Position numbers and translations under genes: made by a program. A DNA stretch of 64,000 nt, taken from contig CH464491.1 in the NCBI GenBank assembly GCA_000002445.1, positions 1,952,001 to 2,016,000 on the forward strand. The letters run 5' to 3'. This DNA comes from Trypanosoma brucei. Its lineage: Eukaryota. The notes under the pieces are model-generated. The model did no database searches and was not told where the DNA came from. It saw nothing but the letters and a program-made list of their open reading frames with translations. This document shows, in pieces, positions 9,899 through 21,100 of the stretch (the stretch's first letter is position 1; every line of letters starts with the position of its first letter).

Positions 9899-11551
9899 TC
9901 AATATGCACATTTAGCACCTGAAACCTCACGCAGCGCATCTACGGACGAAAAATCGCCCCCCAAAAGCAGCTCCTCCACCTGCTCCATTCTCCCAGGAAG
10001 AAAAGGTACTTCCACTGCCTCACACACTTGCTGCACTGTACGCCCTGACTGTGGTGGGTACAACAGAACGACATGGCCCTCCTTCCCCATCCGCCCGGTG
10101 CGTCCCGCACAGTGAACAAATACAGAAGCTGGTGGGCATTCACCAAAGAGGATAACGTGTGTAACTTCATTTATGTGTATCCCACGACTAAGACTGTGGC
10201 TACTCACACCAACCAGTAGTAACCCTGTGTTCAACTTTTCGATAGAGCTGTTGTCCTTCACATAAACGTCCCCTTTACTTCTGCAAATGCGTTTTGGTTT
10301 TCCCTTTTCCGGGTCGAGTAACGTCTCTAATGGTGCTGCGATCTCCCGTTTGCCATTCCACCGTAACCACTTTTGTACCTCTGGGCTAGTGCTCTTCAGA
10401 GTATTTAATTGGTTAGTGACACTCCCCACCTCTTCCTGGGTTGTAAAAAGAAGTACACGCGGATTCGCCTCCTGTTTACATATTAACCGTAATATGAGTT
10501 CAAGAGAACGAGGGAGCGGATATGAGCGAGACTCCGAATAAAAGTAAAAGCTGATTGTTTGAGGAATAGTGTGCTCTACGAAGCTGGTAGTAAGCCTAAC
10601 TGCTTTGTCATTTCGCATCCACATATTAAGAGCCTGCGCCGTACGACCATCTATAGTCGCACTGGCTGCAACAATCTGAGCGGGAACCTCTTCACGACGG
10701 CTACGAAACAAGCGATCAACCAAGTTAATCCCACTGATGTGTTGCCGACCAAATCGGATGTTTCCAAATAAAACAATGTCGGCTTCATCCAAAATAACGC
10801 AGTCCACCTTTCGCCGCAGTTTCTCCCCAAGCAAGGTTGGACTGAAACGTAGCACATCGGCAACTCGCTGCGGGGTTCCCACCAACACATGAGGTTGAAT
10901 GTTATGTAGCTTGGCCAACTGCACTTCAAGCGTTATACTCTCGATAGCAACTTGAACAACCTGTTGAGTGGAGCCACAAAAATGGCGCAACCACTTGTCA
11001 TATTGAAGAGCCAATTCCTGAGTTGGGACAATAATGACAGTGTGAAGACGATAATTGATATTTTCACGAATTATTCGATTGGCACAGGCAAGTGCGATAC
11101 CAAAACTCTTTCCCGTCCCGGTTTCCGCGTGAGCGATGACATGTTTACCCTTCAGTAAGAGAGGAATGAGAGCTCCTTGTAACTCTGTGAGACGCCCGAT
11201 CCCCAGCTTCTTCAGCGCCACAACGAGTGAAATACATAATCCGGCCCCACGCGGAGCCGTTTGCGAAAAGAACAAGGGATGCGCCTCGTTGTTATTAGCT
11301 ATGTTCGCCGTCGTTGGACTTAACATTTGCGCAGAACCAAGTCGAAGTTGCACTGTCCTATGCCTCTGGGAGGCACCTGAATCCCGCGTCGCATCACGCG
11401 CGTAGAAAAACTTCTGGGATGGTGGAAGGTTAGCCGCATGCGCCTCACCACCCTGTCTCATATAGTCATCGAGAAGTGAACCAGCCGAACCGCCATACGC
11501 CGCCCGGGAACCCTTCAAATACTTCAGATATCGCACCCCAAAGGTTTTCAT
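9899..11551 (-). CDS. ATP-dependent DEAD-box RNA helicase
   Basis: Motif I AETGTGKS, motif II VILDEAD, motif III SAT, motif VI HCAGRTGRMG. The first ATG is at 11551; the track starts at GTG 11581. Confidence 0.8.
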   Translation of the reverse strand: MKTFGVRYLKYLKGSRAAYGGSAGSLLDDYMRQGGEAHAANLPPSQKFFYARDATRDSGASQRHRTVQLRLGSAQMLSPTTANIANNNEAHPLFFSQTAPRGAGLCISLVVALKKLGIGRLTELQGALIPLLLKGKHVIAHAETGTGKSFGIALACANRIIRENINYRLHTVIIVPTQELALQYDKWLRHFCGSTQQVVQVAIESITLEVQLAKLHNIQPHVLVGTPQRVADVLRFSPTLLGEKLRRKVDCVILDEADIVLFGNIRFGRQHISGINLVDRLFRSRREEVPAQIVAASATIDGRTAQALNMWMRNDKAVRLTTSFVEHTIPQTISFYFYSESRSYPLPRSLELILRLICKQEANPRVLLFTTQEEVGSVTNQLNTLKSTSPEVQKWLRWNGKREIAAPLETLLDPEKGKPKRICRSKGDVYVKDNSSIEKLNTGLLLVGVSSHSLSRGIHINEVTHVILFGECPPASVFVHCAGRTGRMGKEGHVVLLYPPQSGRTVQQVCEAVEVPFLPGRMEQVEELLLGGDFSSVDALREVSGAKCAY

Positions 11552-12110
11552 TAACGTTAGGCGGGTAAGCGAGGACGACACCTAAATGCATATAGCAAAA
11601 AAAAATACTAAAATCAAAGCAGACACTGAATATAAGGTAAGCTGTGATGGGGGGGGGGAGTCCAAGACTCCTTAAAAGTTACCGCATCCAACAGCATACG
11701 GTATTCAACACAAGCTAATTAATTGAAATGCTAAGCTCGAATTCAGCATGGAAATAAGTTAATCAAACAATATAACCTCAATAAATTTATGTATGTACAT
11801 GTATACCAAACAGCAAACCTCATAAAGAAAGTTTCCCTGTCAGCTGAACGTGTACAACAACTCGCAAAAAGGGAAACTACACACTGTCAACGGTGTCATC
11901 ACCCATCGCCGGAAAAAAAAAATTACACCATTAGTAGGGAAAATAATCGAAAATGGGAGTGTGGGAGGGGAAGCCGGGGCAAAACGAAGACACTAGTAGA
12001 AAAAAAACACATACCCCAACTACAACACAAATTATAACCAACAACAGCATGAGTTGAAGTGATACCGACAGCCCAACCAAGCATCCGTAAATATATCTAT
12101 TAAACAACTG

Positions 12111-13599
12111 TGTCAACCCCTCACAGTTCTCCCCTCTTGTTCACCTTGAGCAAGTTATGCCACATGTTGTGAGACTCATCAATCACCTTCATTGCGTATT
12201 CCTTGTCCTTGAATTCACCATCGAAAGCAAAATGGCTCGCTTCACCACCCTGACAAATCTTGTACACACGGAACCACTCACGGATGGCATCAAGACATCC
12301 AGGAAGGAACTTCGGTACGTCATGGATGTCTCTCAAGAAGTGACATATAGGATCGCTGTGGGATATGCAAACAACTTTCCAATCCATTTCGCCCTCGTCA
12401 ATCATTCCAAGCACACCTAGCACTTTTACTGCACTCACCTGACCGACTTTGAATTGCGTCATCCCGATCTCAACAGCATCTACGGGGTCATTGTCACCAG
12501 TCACACCAGCCTCGAATAACACCTCTGTGCTCTCCCATGTCTGTGGAAACGCACCATAGTTCCACATCATATCACCATGCTTGTAGAACCGAGGTACGCC
12601 ATTCTTGATATCCTGCTTTATGGGATTAAATGACTCTCCAGTCGCGATCTCAAACTTTGCGCGCGTCCACTTAGGGATCTCACAGATGAAATTGTAGCGA
12701 TTCATTGGTGTCGCCTCGGGCTTTGTTCGCACAAGATCACGTACATACAGCGGGATGTCATGCCACGGCGATACCTGCCGCTCCCTACCGGTTTCCAAAT
12801 CCCTGAAGAAGTACAGTACGCGGTAGCTGGGTGTGTACATTTCACCTTTCTCGTGCACAACCAACTGCTGCTGGTGATACGGCATGGAGAAATCGGCAGA
12901 CACCATCGAGAAACATTTCGTCCTGGAATGTACAGGATGGGAACACCACCACGCCCAAAACTTCTCAAATGTCACGTGACCATCGATAGCATTGATTTCA
13001 GCTTTCATGGCCTTCACATCCCCATCGCTCATGTTACGGCCCAAGTACCTGCATACCTCTTCCACTTTGTCAGGCGTGAGGTAGCCAAGATGCGTCACAT
13101 CGAATGCTGAGAATAATCGACTCATGATCTTTTTGATCATTGGTTGAGTGAAATCATCCTTGTCGTAGGCGGCAAGATCCAGTTCGCTCACCTTCCGGTC
13201 AACCGCCTCCTGAATAGGCTCTGCGACGTCGGCCTCAGAACCCCTGCCGGTACTTATGTTGGTACCATGCAATGCCGAGACAGGCAGCCCCGCCACTTCG
13301 GCAGAAGCCAAATCTTGGGGAGACGTTCGATCACTGCGCGAATCCACACCGTGTGTGTTGTTCATATCTACAGTTGGCACTTTAAAAGGCGGAAGAGGGA
13401 AAGCAATTGATTAAAACACAAAGTACATAGAAACAACGACATATTCCGGCGTGATAATTGTATCGCATACCAACTTCTTCCACTCCAAAATACTCGCAGC
13501 TTAGACACTCAAATGCTTTGCTTAGCGATGCTTAACGCTGCCTGCATGCGCGCCAGAGTTCTTCTTCTGCTGTCGACCTCACTGGCTAGATACGCACGC
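12111..13599. repeat. Segmental duplication unit B (about 1.49 kb)
   Basis: Partner of 7277..8765, about 4.83 kb away in direct orientation. It includes the 3' end of CDS 13509..13943. Confidence 0.85.
12121..13365 (-). CDS. VSP1: Soluble inorganic pyrophosphatase with N-terminal EF-hand domain (VSP type), copy B
   Basis: Near-identical to 7287..8531. It differs at a handful of residues in two small patches (PFSASLG vs PVSALHG; GKMD..HND..CRFMK vs GEMD..HSD..CHFLR). Confidence 0.85.
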   Translation of the reverse strand: MNNTHGVDSRSDRTSPQDLASAEVAGLPVSALHGTNISTGRGSEADVAEPIQEAVDRKVSELDLAAYDKDDFTQPMIKKIMSRLFSAFDVTHLGYLTPDKVEEVCRYLGRNMSDGDVKAMKAEINAIDGHVTFEKFWAWWCSHPVHSRTKCFSMVSADFSMPYHQQQLVVHEKGEMYTPSYRVLYFFRDLETGRERQVSPWHDIPLYVRDLVRTKPEATPMNRYNFICEIPKWTRAKFEIATGESFNPIKQDIKNGVPRFYKHGDMMWNYGAFPQTWESTEVLFEAGVTGDNDPVDAVEIGMTQFKVGQVSAVKVLGVLGMIDEGEMDWKVVCISHSDPICHFLRDIHDVPKFLPGCLDAIREWFRVYKICQGGEASHFAFDGEFKDKEYAMKVIDESHNMWHNLLKVNKRGEL

Positions 13600-13943
13600 A
13601 ATGCAACTCGAGCACACTGTAAGTTTTTTGCGCGAATTTCACTCTGCAGCAGTGCCACATGGCGGCCAAGTGCAATAACTTTCTGTTGAGTCGCAAAGGA
13701 AGCGGTGACAGCGCTATCCTCATCCACCGGCGTAGTTGTTACCTCGACAACTTGCACAAAGAGTTCTCTGAGCTCCCTTGTTCTCTCCAGAAGTTGTGAT
13801 ACGGTGGCCAACGCTCCCTGTTCCACGTGGTTTGCATCTTCACATCCATTTTTGTCCTTACCACTGTAGTTGTGATTCCGTGACATGAGTGCAACGTTCC
13901 GGAGCACCTCCGGGATGTGTTGCCACCGCAACTCTTCGGACAT
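13509..13943 (-). CDS. Hypothetical protein (144 aa)
   Basis: ATG-initiated ORF with a charged, helical-looking composition. Its last ~29 codons and stop lie inside the duplicated VSP repeat unit. The overlapping 216-aa ORF (13739..14389) has implausible composition and is rejected. Confidence 0.4.
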   Translation of the reverse strand: MSEELRWQHIPEVLRNVALMSRNHNYSGKDKNGCEDANHVEQGALATVSQLLERTRELRELFVQVVEVTTTPVDEDSAVTASFATQQKVIALGRHVALLQSEIRAKNLQCARVALRAYLASEVDSRRRTLARMQAALSIAKQSI

Positions 13944-14854
13944 TGCTGTTGGTGCGTGCGCACAAGTTGCAGTACTGTTCTAAAACAAGGAGACATGAAC
14001 GAGAGGTAGAGGTTGAGGACACCATAGGGAAGGTGCGTGATCACAGTGCCGCTGAATTGCGCAATGCAAGAACCGATAATAATGAAAAAGATATGGTTTA
14101 ACGGCGTACACACCGCAACAGGCAGTTTCATCCTGGGTAAACAATCGATGGTGCTGCCATGTGCACACAGCAGAAATTTCCTCCCGGTATCAAGGCACAT
14201 GCACGAGCATCGTTTACACCAGAATCTATCGGATTTGACGTTCGACGACACATAAACGTGGAAAGAGTTTTTGTTACACTTTGAAGACAAATGAACAATT
14301 CTGCGCGCCCTGCCTCCGAAAAGGTGACAAGTTAAATACAGCGGCATCGGCACTTGCAAAGGCGCGAAGCTCAAAAAAAATTGAAACACTTATATCGGGA
14401 GGAAACCCCGAAACTAACGGGGCCCCATTTACTCCCCTTCCTCAGTTGTATAGCGGAAAACCAAACATAAAAAAGTTGGCTTGTGAGGATGAGCATCCCT
14501 ACCCCGTGTGTCTCCTCTTTACTAGAGGAACGCATTATGCTAGCTATGAAGTATATGTGTACCTTCCTTCTTTGCCTCAAGAATAGTGCACACCCCTGCA
14601 CGTCGTTAAGAAGAGAAAGATAATGTGCGGTGGTTTGAGTATAACAATTCAGGCCCCACGGGTATTTTACCACGAACAGTGAAAAGCGACTTACACACAC
14701 TAAGTATTATTCTTTTACCTTTACTCACGTGAAGGAGGCTCACTATCTTATCCCGCTAGAGTAGGTGGAATCCAGAGGGAGTCAAAGGGGCGCAGCGGAC
14801 ATCCCTTCGCCTCGCAACTACGACCAAATGACCACCAATACCTCACCCAGCTGA

Positions 14855-15466
14855 TCACCGAGCGCCGATGTGGGACGAACTTAAAACGCGGTTCATCCAC
14901 AGGCCGTCACCAAGGTGATGAATGTTTTCAATCCCCGGACCGTTATTAACTCTCTCTATTTCCTCTGATGACATCAGCATGCGACCAACGGCAATCGCAT
15001 GCTCCTTTTGTTCGACGTGGATGGCTACGATAGCTCCAGCAGCCAGTCCTGGTGTTATGTACCCGCCCTCCGATGTGAGACCAGGGCACATAACATTAGC
15101 CCCTGAAACAACATACTTGCAGCCACCAATATCTACCTGTTGTCGGGGCAAAATAAAAGGATACTTGTGCAACAACTTCAGATGGGGAATGTAGGGACTG
15201 TTATGATGCCTGAAGAATAGTACTTCTGGCTGCGAACTGACCAGTGTAACGCAGTGCACCTGGTCGTGGCAGCGTACCAACATGATATCCGCCTTCTTCG
15301 GCATGATATCCTCCCAGAAGTCTGCAAGCAGCGGGTACTGTTCAGTGAGTTCTCCGCGGATTTGAGACTGCTCTTTGTTGCTAATGTTGGCTATTTGTGC
15401 CACATTCTGCAATGTGAACTTCTTAAAGAGGTCGGCGGAAGACAAGTGGCGGTTCTCCTGTTGCAT
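14855..15466 (-). CDS. MCT-1/Tma20-family protein with PUA domain
   Basis: The C-terminal PUA-like block KYVVSGANVMCPGLTSEGG...AIVAIHVEQKEHAIAVGRMLMSSEEIERVNNGPGIENIHHLGDGLW matches the MCTS1/Tma20 family pattern. Confidence 0.7.
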   Translation of the reverse strand: MQQENRHLSSADLFKKFTLQNVAQIANISNKEQSQIRGELTEQYPLLADFWEDIMPKKADIMLVRCHDQVHCVTLVSSQPEVLFFRHHNSPYIPHLKLLHKYPFILPRQQVDIGGCKYVVSGANVMCPGLTSEGGYITPGLAAGAIVAIHVEQKEHAIAVGRMLMSSEEIERVNNGPGIENIHHLGDGLWMNRVLSSSHIGAR

Positions 15467-15744
15467 ACCTCGTTCTCTTCTTTTCGGTGGCTGCGCGCTA
15501 AAGGTACTTACTAGGTATTCGGTGACGGGATGAAGGTGCGCTCAGAGTACAGTATGCAGCGGCAAAGGCAGGTACACAAGAACAGAACCGGCAGAAACAG
15601 GGGGGAAGTAGCGATGGCGTAATAGTGTTGACAGCAAACGTGAGTCCTTAGAGAATTAAAGCTCCCCCTCCCCCCGAGGGAGGGAATGCCGGGACTTTTG
15701 CGCTTATTTATCACACGCTCCGCCAGGGTAGTGTTAACAACAAT

Positions 15745-17316
15745 TTACAAGACAGCACTTGATATTGTCGAACCCTCTTCCTGATCTTCCTCCAACAGTA
15801 GTCGCAGTTCCTTTTGTGTCTCGAGCAACATCATCGACGAAGGTTGTATCTGCGACGAAATCTCGTGGATATCCGATTCACTATTGTCCCTACTTGCACA
15901 CTTGTGCTTTGGCAGTAGGCGCACCATTACAGGGCGTCCACATTTTTCACAGTTGACGAAGCGGTGGTCGCACTCTGCCTCGTGGTCGCTCAGTGAGGAA
16001 GGGGGAAAGCGCTGATTGCAGTGTCGACATGAACACTCCTTGCCATTTGTCGCAGCGCTCGACCCCAGTGGCGCGACGGACGAGGACGAGGAGCACTGTT
16101 GTTGCCGCAGTTGCTGCTGCTTTATCATAAACTCTTTGTTTAACCGCTCGGTCACTGTTACCACCTGGGAGTCTAACATCTGCTGCGCTTCCTCCTTCCA
16201 CTTGGCGAGAAACGTCTTGACCTCCTGAAGTTCCTGCTCCTTCTCCTTCGAAACAGAGTCACACAGATTGTTCATCCACTGTCCTACGCCTTGGACAATC
16301 GCCTTGGTTTCGTCCACATTAGACTTCATTGCATTGCTAAGAGATGAATGCACAGCTTCACAAGACATGGTTATTTGCCTCTGGGCAGCTTCTACCTCCG
16401 CCCGAAGCTTCTCTATGGCACCAACTGCTAGAACAACCTCTGGTTGAGCAGGCTCCTCACTCTTTCGGGGAGTGTGATGAAGGGACGGGGTTTTGGACAA
16501 TCGTACCCTCCTTTCTTCACCTTGTAGACACAGCAATGACTCCCGCTCCGCACAACAGGAAGTGGTATTACTAACGCTCAATCCACTGCAACTTTGACTA
16601 TGTCGGCGCAGTTGATCGTTTGGTGCGTCCAAGAGGACTTCTGTTCGGGTTTGTTTCAACATTTTCCCAAAATTGTGGCCTCTCTGCAAGTCGTTTCTAT
16701 CGGCTCCTTCCCGTTGCCTTTGGTGTGCCGGCGGTGAGGAGATACCGTTATCGGCTCGTTTTCCTGCTTTCATCCCTCCCTGTTTATGCTGCGCTGCCGC
16801 AAGAAGAGAAACATTTTCCTGAAAGAGCGTGCGCTCGTCCCGGAGCTCCTTCTCCAGACATCGCACCTTCGACTCCGCTTGTAAGGCTCGGGACTCTAAA
16901 GTCCGACACGTTACTTTGAGAGCATCACGCTCCTCCCGCAGCCTCGACTGTTCCCTACGTGACGCCTCCAGCTTCTCTTCCAGCCTCCCCATACTATTTG
17001 AACTGATTCGCTTAGCGGCGTCGCAGGTTCGCTTTTCGAGTAGCTCACCTTTCATTACAGATTGTGACCACAGGACAAACTGCAAAGAAAGCTGTAGGAG
17101 ACTCAGCAGCTGATGCATATCTGTTTCGCTTGTATTCGCAACCACCGCGGTGCTAACATCACACTCGGCAACAAGTGAAATCAGGTTCTTCATCAACTGC
17201 AAATCTGGTGCAACAGTATGATGGGCAGCAACGTTGACGCTGCGTAGATGTGCCCATGGTATGTCGCGCGTCCCAGCTATGTAGCGAAAAGCTCGAAGCT
17301 GCTCTTTCACACTCAT
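15745..17316 (-). CDS. Hypothetical coiled-coil protein with C-terminal C2HC-type zinc-finger-like motif
   Basis: Long E/R/L/Q-rich heptad stretches. The C-terminus reads CSCRHCNQRF...HEAECDHRFVNCEKCGRPV...HKC. The first ATG is at 17316; the track starts at GTG 17373. Confidence 0.5.
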   Translation of the reverse strand: MSVKEQLRAFRYIAGTRDIPWAHLRSVNVAAHHTVAPDLQLMKNLISLVAECDVSTAVVANTSETDMHQLLSLLQLSLQFVLWSQSVMKGELLEKRTCDAAKRISSNSMGRLEEKLEASRREQSRLREERDALKVTCRTLESRALQAESKVRCLEKELRDERTLFQENVSLLAAAQHKQGGMKAGKRADNGISSPPAHQRQREGADRNDLQRGHNFGKMLKQTRTEVLLDAPNDQLRRHSQSCSGLSVSNTTSCCAERESLLCLQGEERRVRLSKTPSLHHTPRKSEEPAQPEVVLAVGAIEKLRAEVEAAQRQITMSCEAVHSSLSNAMKSNVDETKAIVQGVGQWMNNLCDSVSKEKEQELQEVKTFLAKWKEEAQQMLDSQVVTVTERLNKEFMIKQQQLRQQQCSSSSSVAPLGSSAATNGKECSCRHCNQRFPPSSLSDHEAECDHRFVNCEKCGRPVMVRLLPKHKCASRDNSESDIHEISSQIQPSSMMLLETQKELRLLLEEDQEEGSTISSAVL

Positions 17317-18181
17317 GAATGCAGTAATATCGCTAATAGGCAAGTATCTGTAGCCCCGCAAATCAGTGGACACACTCTCAAGGCGGCTATGTCAGTCTCC
17401 CGAATACCACTAAACGACTGCCACAATACTATGTCTTGATAGAGAAATAGAAGAACTACACATTTAAAGAATGCACTGCGATTTGCGCACGGAGCAGTAG
17501 CCCAATAGAACCAGATACACGGAATAATGGGGAGGCTACAAGGGGTTCACGGTGGACTGAGCAAACCCCTTTAGCAAACATAAGTTGCTACCAGAGTGAT
17601 CTATTCCACCCACTCACACACGCGGTGCAAAAAACAAAAAACGTCATCGTAATCCCGGCACCACCAAGCAAAGGGACAAAACACTCTGATCTTCGTGTAG
17701 AGCTTTTTCTTTTTACCTCACACAACGAGTAAGCAAAGCGTACAACCATGGAAAGAGCGGTTCTCACCCTAAACCAGGCCGTCACATAGCTGGTCCCCGC
17801 ACACACAGATATATGTGTTTTAATATAGTGTCAAAAACACTTGAGAGGGAGAAAGGGTTGAGGACAAAAAAATTGTTGGAAGGACATCCAATAAAAGGGA
17901 ACATAACCGAGTAAACGAAGCCAGCGAGAAAAACAACATGGGACGCAACTGAACGTCTAATAGAAAGAACCACCAACTCGGGTTGCAATGGGGGGGGGGC
18001 TTTCGAGACGTTGGCGGCCCCTCAGCACCCATCGGGAGTCACGGTACAAAAAGCAACGCTCAAGAAGGGAAGAACAACTCTGCACCTCGTTCTCGGATTT
18101 TCCAACGTTGCAAGAGTGCACGCCGCCACCTTGAGAGCAACCATCCGCGATGTTCAGCCCATCAACCGTCAGACATGGATG

Positions 18182-21100
18182 CTATAAAGTTCGCTTTAGC
18201 GCGGCCTCCTTATTTGCGATCCACGCTAACAGATCATCCGCAATTTGCGTCGGGTTCAGGGGGAACCGGTGAGCAACGGTCATCTCACTGATTGATGCTG
18301 CAATGCGCTGCTTCCACTGGGGTATATGGGTTGCGCAAATTTGTTCAAACTCCTTTACACAAGCGCGTAACTCAGTTAGGTCACTGGAGCCCCCATCCCC
18401 AATTCCAGCGTGAATGGCTTGTTCTATGTTCATTTGAGCAGTAATAGCAGCCTGAGTTATTACAGTACTTAACACACTGCGAGTAACAGACACTTGTAGC
18501 ACCGCCAATAGTTTTGGAATAGTTCCGATGATGAAATCCATTGCGGCAATCAGCCCTCCATTTTCTACATTTACTTCGTCACCACTAAAAACCGTCCCCA
18601 CTCCTGATTCTACACTATGGGAAACCGTACCCTGGCGGACTGCGACGAGCCGCTTCCAGTGATTTACGTCGGCTGTTGGTTTTAGCCGTTCTTCCACCTC
18701 CCTCATGAACGACGGGAGCAGCCTCCCGATACCATTCTGTACCTCCTTCGCGAAAAGGGACGACGATGAGTCGAGGAGTTGTGGCTCCCCTAGCTTCTTT
18801 CGTCTGTGTAGTCCGCCGTAGTCACCTGGCCAAGCAAGCACAAATTGCTGTTCCACACATGAGAGAATAATGGGCATGACAGCACACGATGTTACATACA
18901 CTGCAAGTTTCATCATTGCGTTACCTTCTACTGACGCCAAATGGCCTTGCATCACGCCCGCTACGGTGCGGAACAGTACGGAGAGGTACTTCAGCAACAT
19001 CTCATCCACGTTATTGAACTCGGACTGCCGCGCCACGGCTCCGTTGTTCACCTCAATTATAGAGTGGCAGCGCGCCAAGAACCGAAGCGCCGTTTCACCA
19101 ATTTTTGGGACGAGCAGAGCATATGGGAGTACGACTTCCCCAGCACTGAGGTCGCCAGAAGGGATGAAAAGTTCGATATCTTTGTAGCGGTCAAACGAGA
19201 ACCGCTTGACGTATGCGTTATATTCCTCGTCCGTTCCCACAGATATTGGCTGCAACGTGTCATTAGACACAATCTGTGATGCTTCCACACAGGCTTCCTG
19301 CAGCCATGTACTAATAATACTGTCGCTCATAACTTCCAACATACGTGAAACGATGACGGGACTTAGACGGACACTGACAACGGAGTCGACAGCGATATTG
19401 ACGAAACGTCGTAGCAAACGAAACACATCTACCACGTGCTCTGTGTAGTCGGGATCATTTGCCAGCGCTGATGTAACGCAACGTGCTCGCTCAGCTATGG
19501 CATGCGAAATTTGATCCCACATGCAAAGTACCTCCGCCGTTGACTGCATGTGTGGATCCGTAACGTGATATACAATGTCCTCAATAAGAATAAAGCCAAG
19601 GGCAGTGGCGCAATATGTGTTTAAATCCTCAACAAGTGCTTTTCCGCTAACCCCCTCCGTATGCAGAGGTGTGTCGTAAAGGTCGAGCTTCGCTTGTTGC
19701 GCGCGGCAATCTATGTAATAGTTTCGATAATACGCTCCACACCGAAGTTCCTCAAATACTTCCTGCATGGCGGCCCCTCGTAGCACCTTCGAAATACCCT
19801 CGGCTTCAGCGAATGGAGCCCGTCTAATGAACGCTGATGTACAGCTTAGCTCCACCCACCACTCACCCTCATCTGTCATGTGTAATTCCTTTTCTACAGA
19901 TCCGGGGTCCACGGTACCCCTCCATGTCATTGCAGCCGTGCCAATGGGCAGCGACATTTCACGCAGAAGTTTCAGCCACGCGTTGAGGTGCTGAATCGCA
20001 CATGTAAAGATCTCATGCGCTATCTGAGGTACACGCTGATTTATAACATAGTCACCTAAAGTATACTCAATTAGTGGTGTTGCCATCTGAAGGAGCTGCT
20101 TAAGTGAAACAACGGCACCGAGAAGCTGCTGCTGGCGGAGGCGCGCTTCAGTTGTTTCCAGATGCTCAGCAACCTCAAGAGCCCCATGCAGGAGCAGACG
20201 TACGCGCGCCACGTTATCCTTCACACGACGGGAGAGAGTGAGTTCTGCAGCCGCGACCTTCATGTCCATCGCGGAAGAACGGACAAGCTCAATGGCACCG
20301 CTGAGTTCCTGCCCAACTAGCTTAGCATCATCCTCAGAAATCGAAGTGCACTGACGTGCCGCCTGCAGAAACACCGGATAGTGACGTTCACAGAGCTTCT
20401 CTACCTGACCTTTATTCTCGTTAATGAAGGTCGCTATGTCTTCCAACAGAACATCTTCCTCATTCCTAATATACGCATTCTTCAAGGTGCTATAATCGGT
20501 AAACTCTCCATCGACAATTGATGTCACCGCCAGGTACCGTGACGGGGCTTTTTGAAACAAGCTACTCTGTTCCCCGTCGCGCTGCCGAGAGAGAGCGGCC
20601 CGCTGTTGTTGCCCCTGTCCCCACACAGGGCCCCCGTCCTCTTCTTCCTCTTCTTCCTCCTCTTCACTCTCCCCACTGTCGGGATCTTTTGAGGTAACAG
20701 CTTTTTCATCAGCATATAACTCCCGCATACTCACTGATTGTATTTCATCTTTAGCAAGTTGCTCCGCGCGTAACCGCGCGTCGCATGTGAGTTCCATTAG
20801 ACGTTGCTCGACTTCCCGCAAATCCACAAAGGCCGTTCCGAATAACATCACAGAACGGAAATCATCGCCAGATGCATTCTTCCCGTTGACTACGGCGCCT
20901 CCAGCACCATTTTCCGTTTCCTCAAAGTTGGTATCCGATTCAATAAGCAAGACGTTGTCCCGAAGGGATGCAGTTAAGCGGATATTGGGCCACCGTGCAT
21001 AGAAACGCATTCCCTTGACCTTTAGTAGGTAGAGATAAAACGGTGTTGCAGCAAGCAGCACCTTCTTCTTCCTTCCATGTCTGTGGATACGTAATGGCCC

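Noticed and set aside
7277-13599. CRISPR array or insertion-sequence interpretation of the direct repeats
   Set aside because: There are only two repeat copies, each 1.49 kb and each containing a full eukaryotic gene. There are no short spacer-repeat units, no terminal inverted repeats and no transposase ORF. The whole window is eukaryotic.
13739-14389. 216-aa minus-strand ORF overlapping the 5' half of the 13509..13943 gene
   Set aside because: Composition is Cys/His/Phe-rich with a random-looking sequence and no motif. It overlaps a more protein-like ORF and probably spans upstream intergenic sequence.
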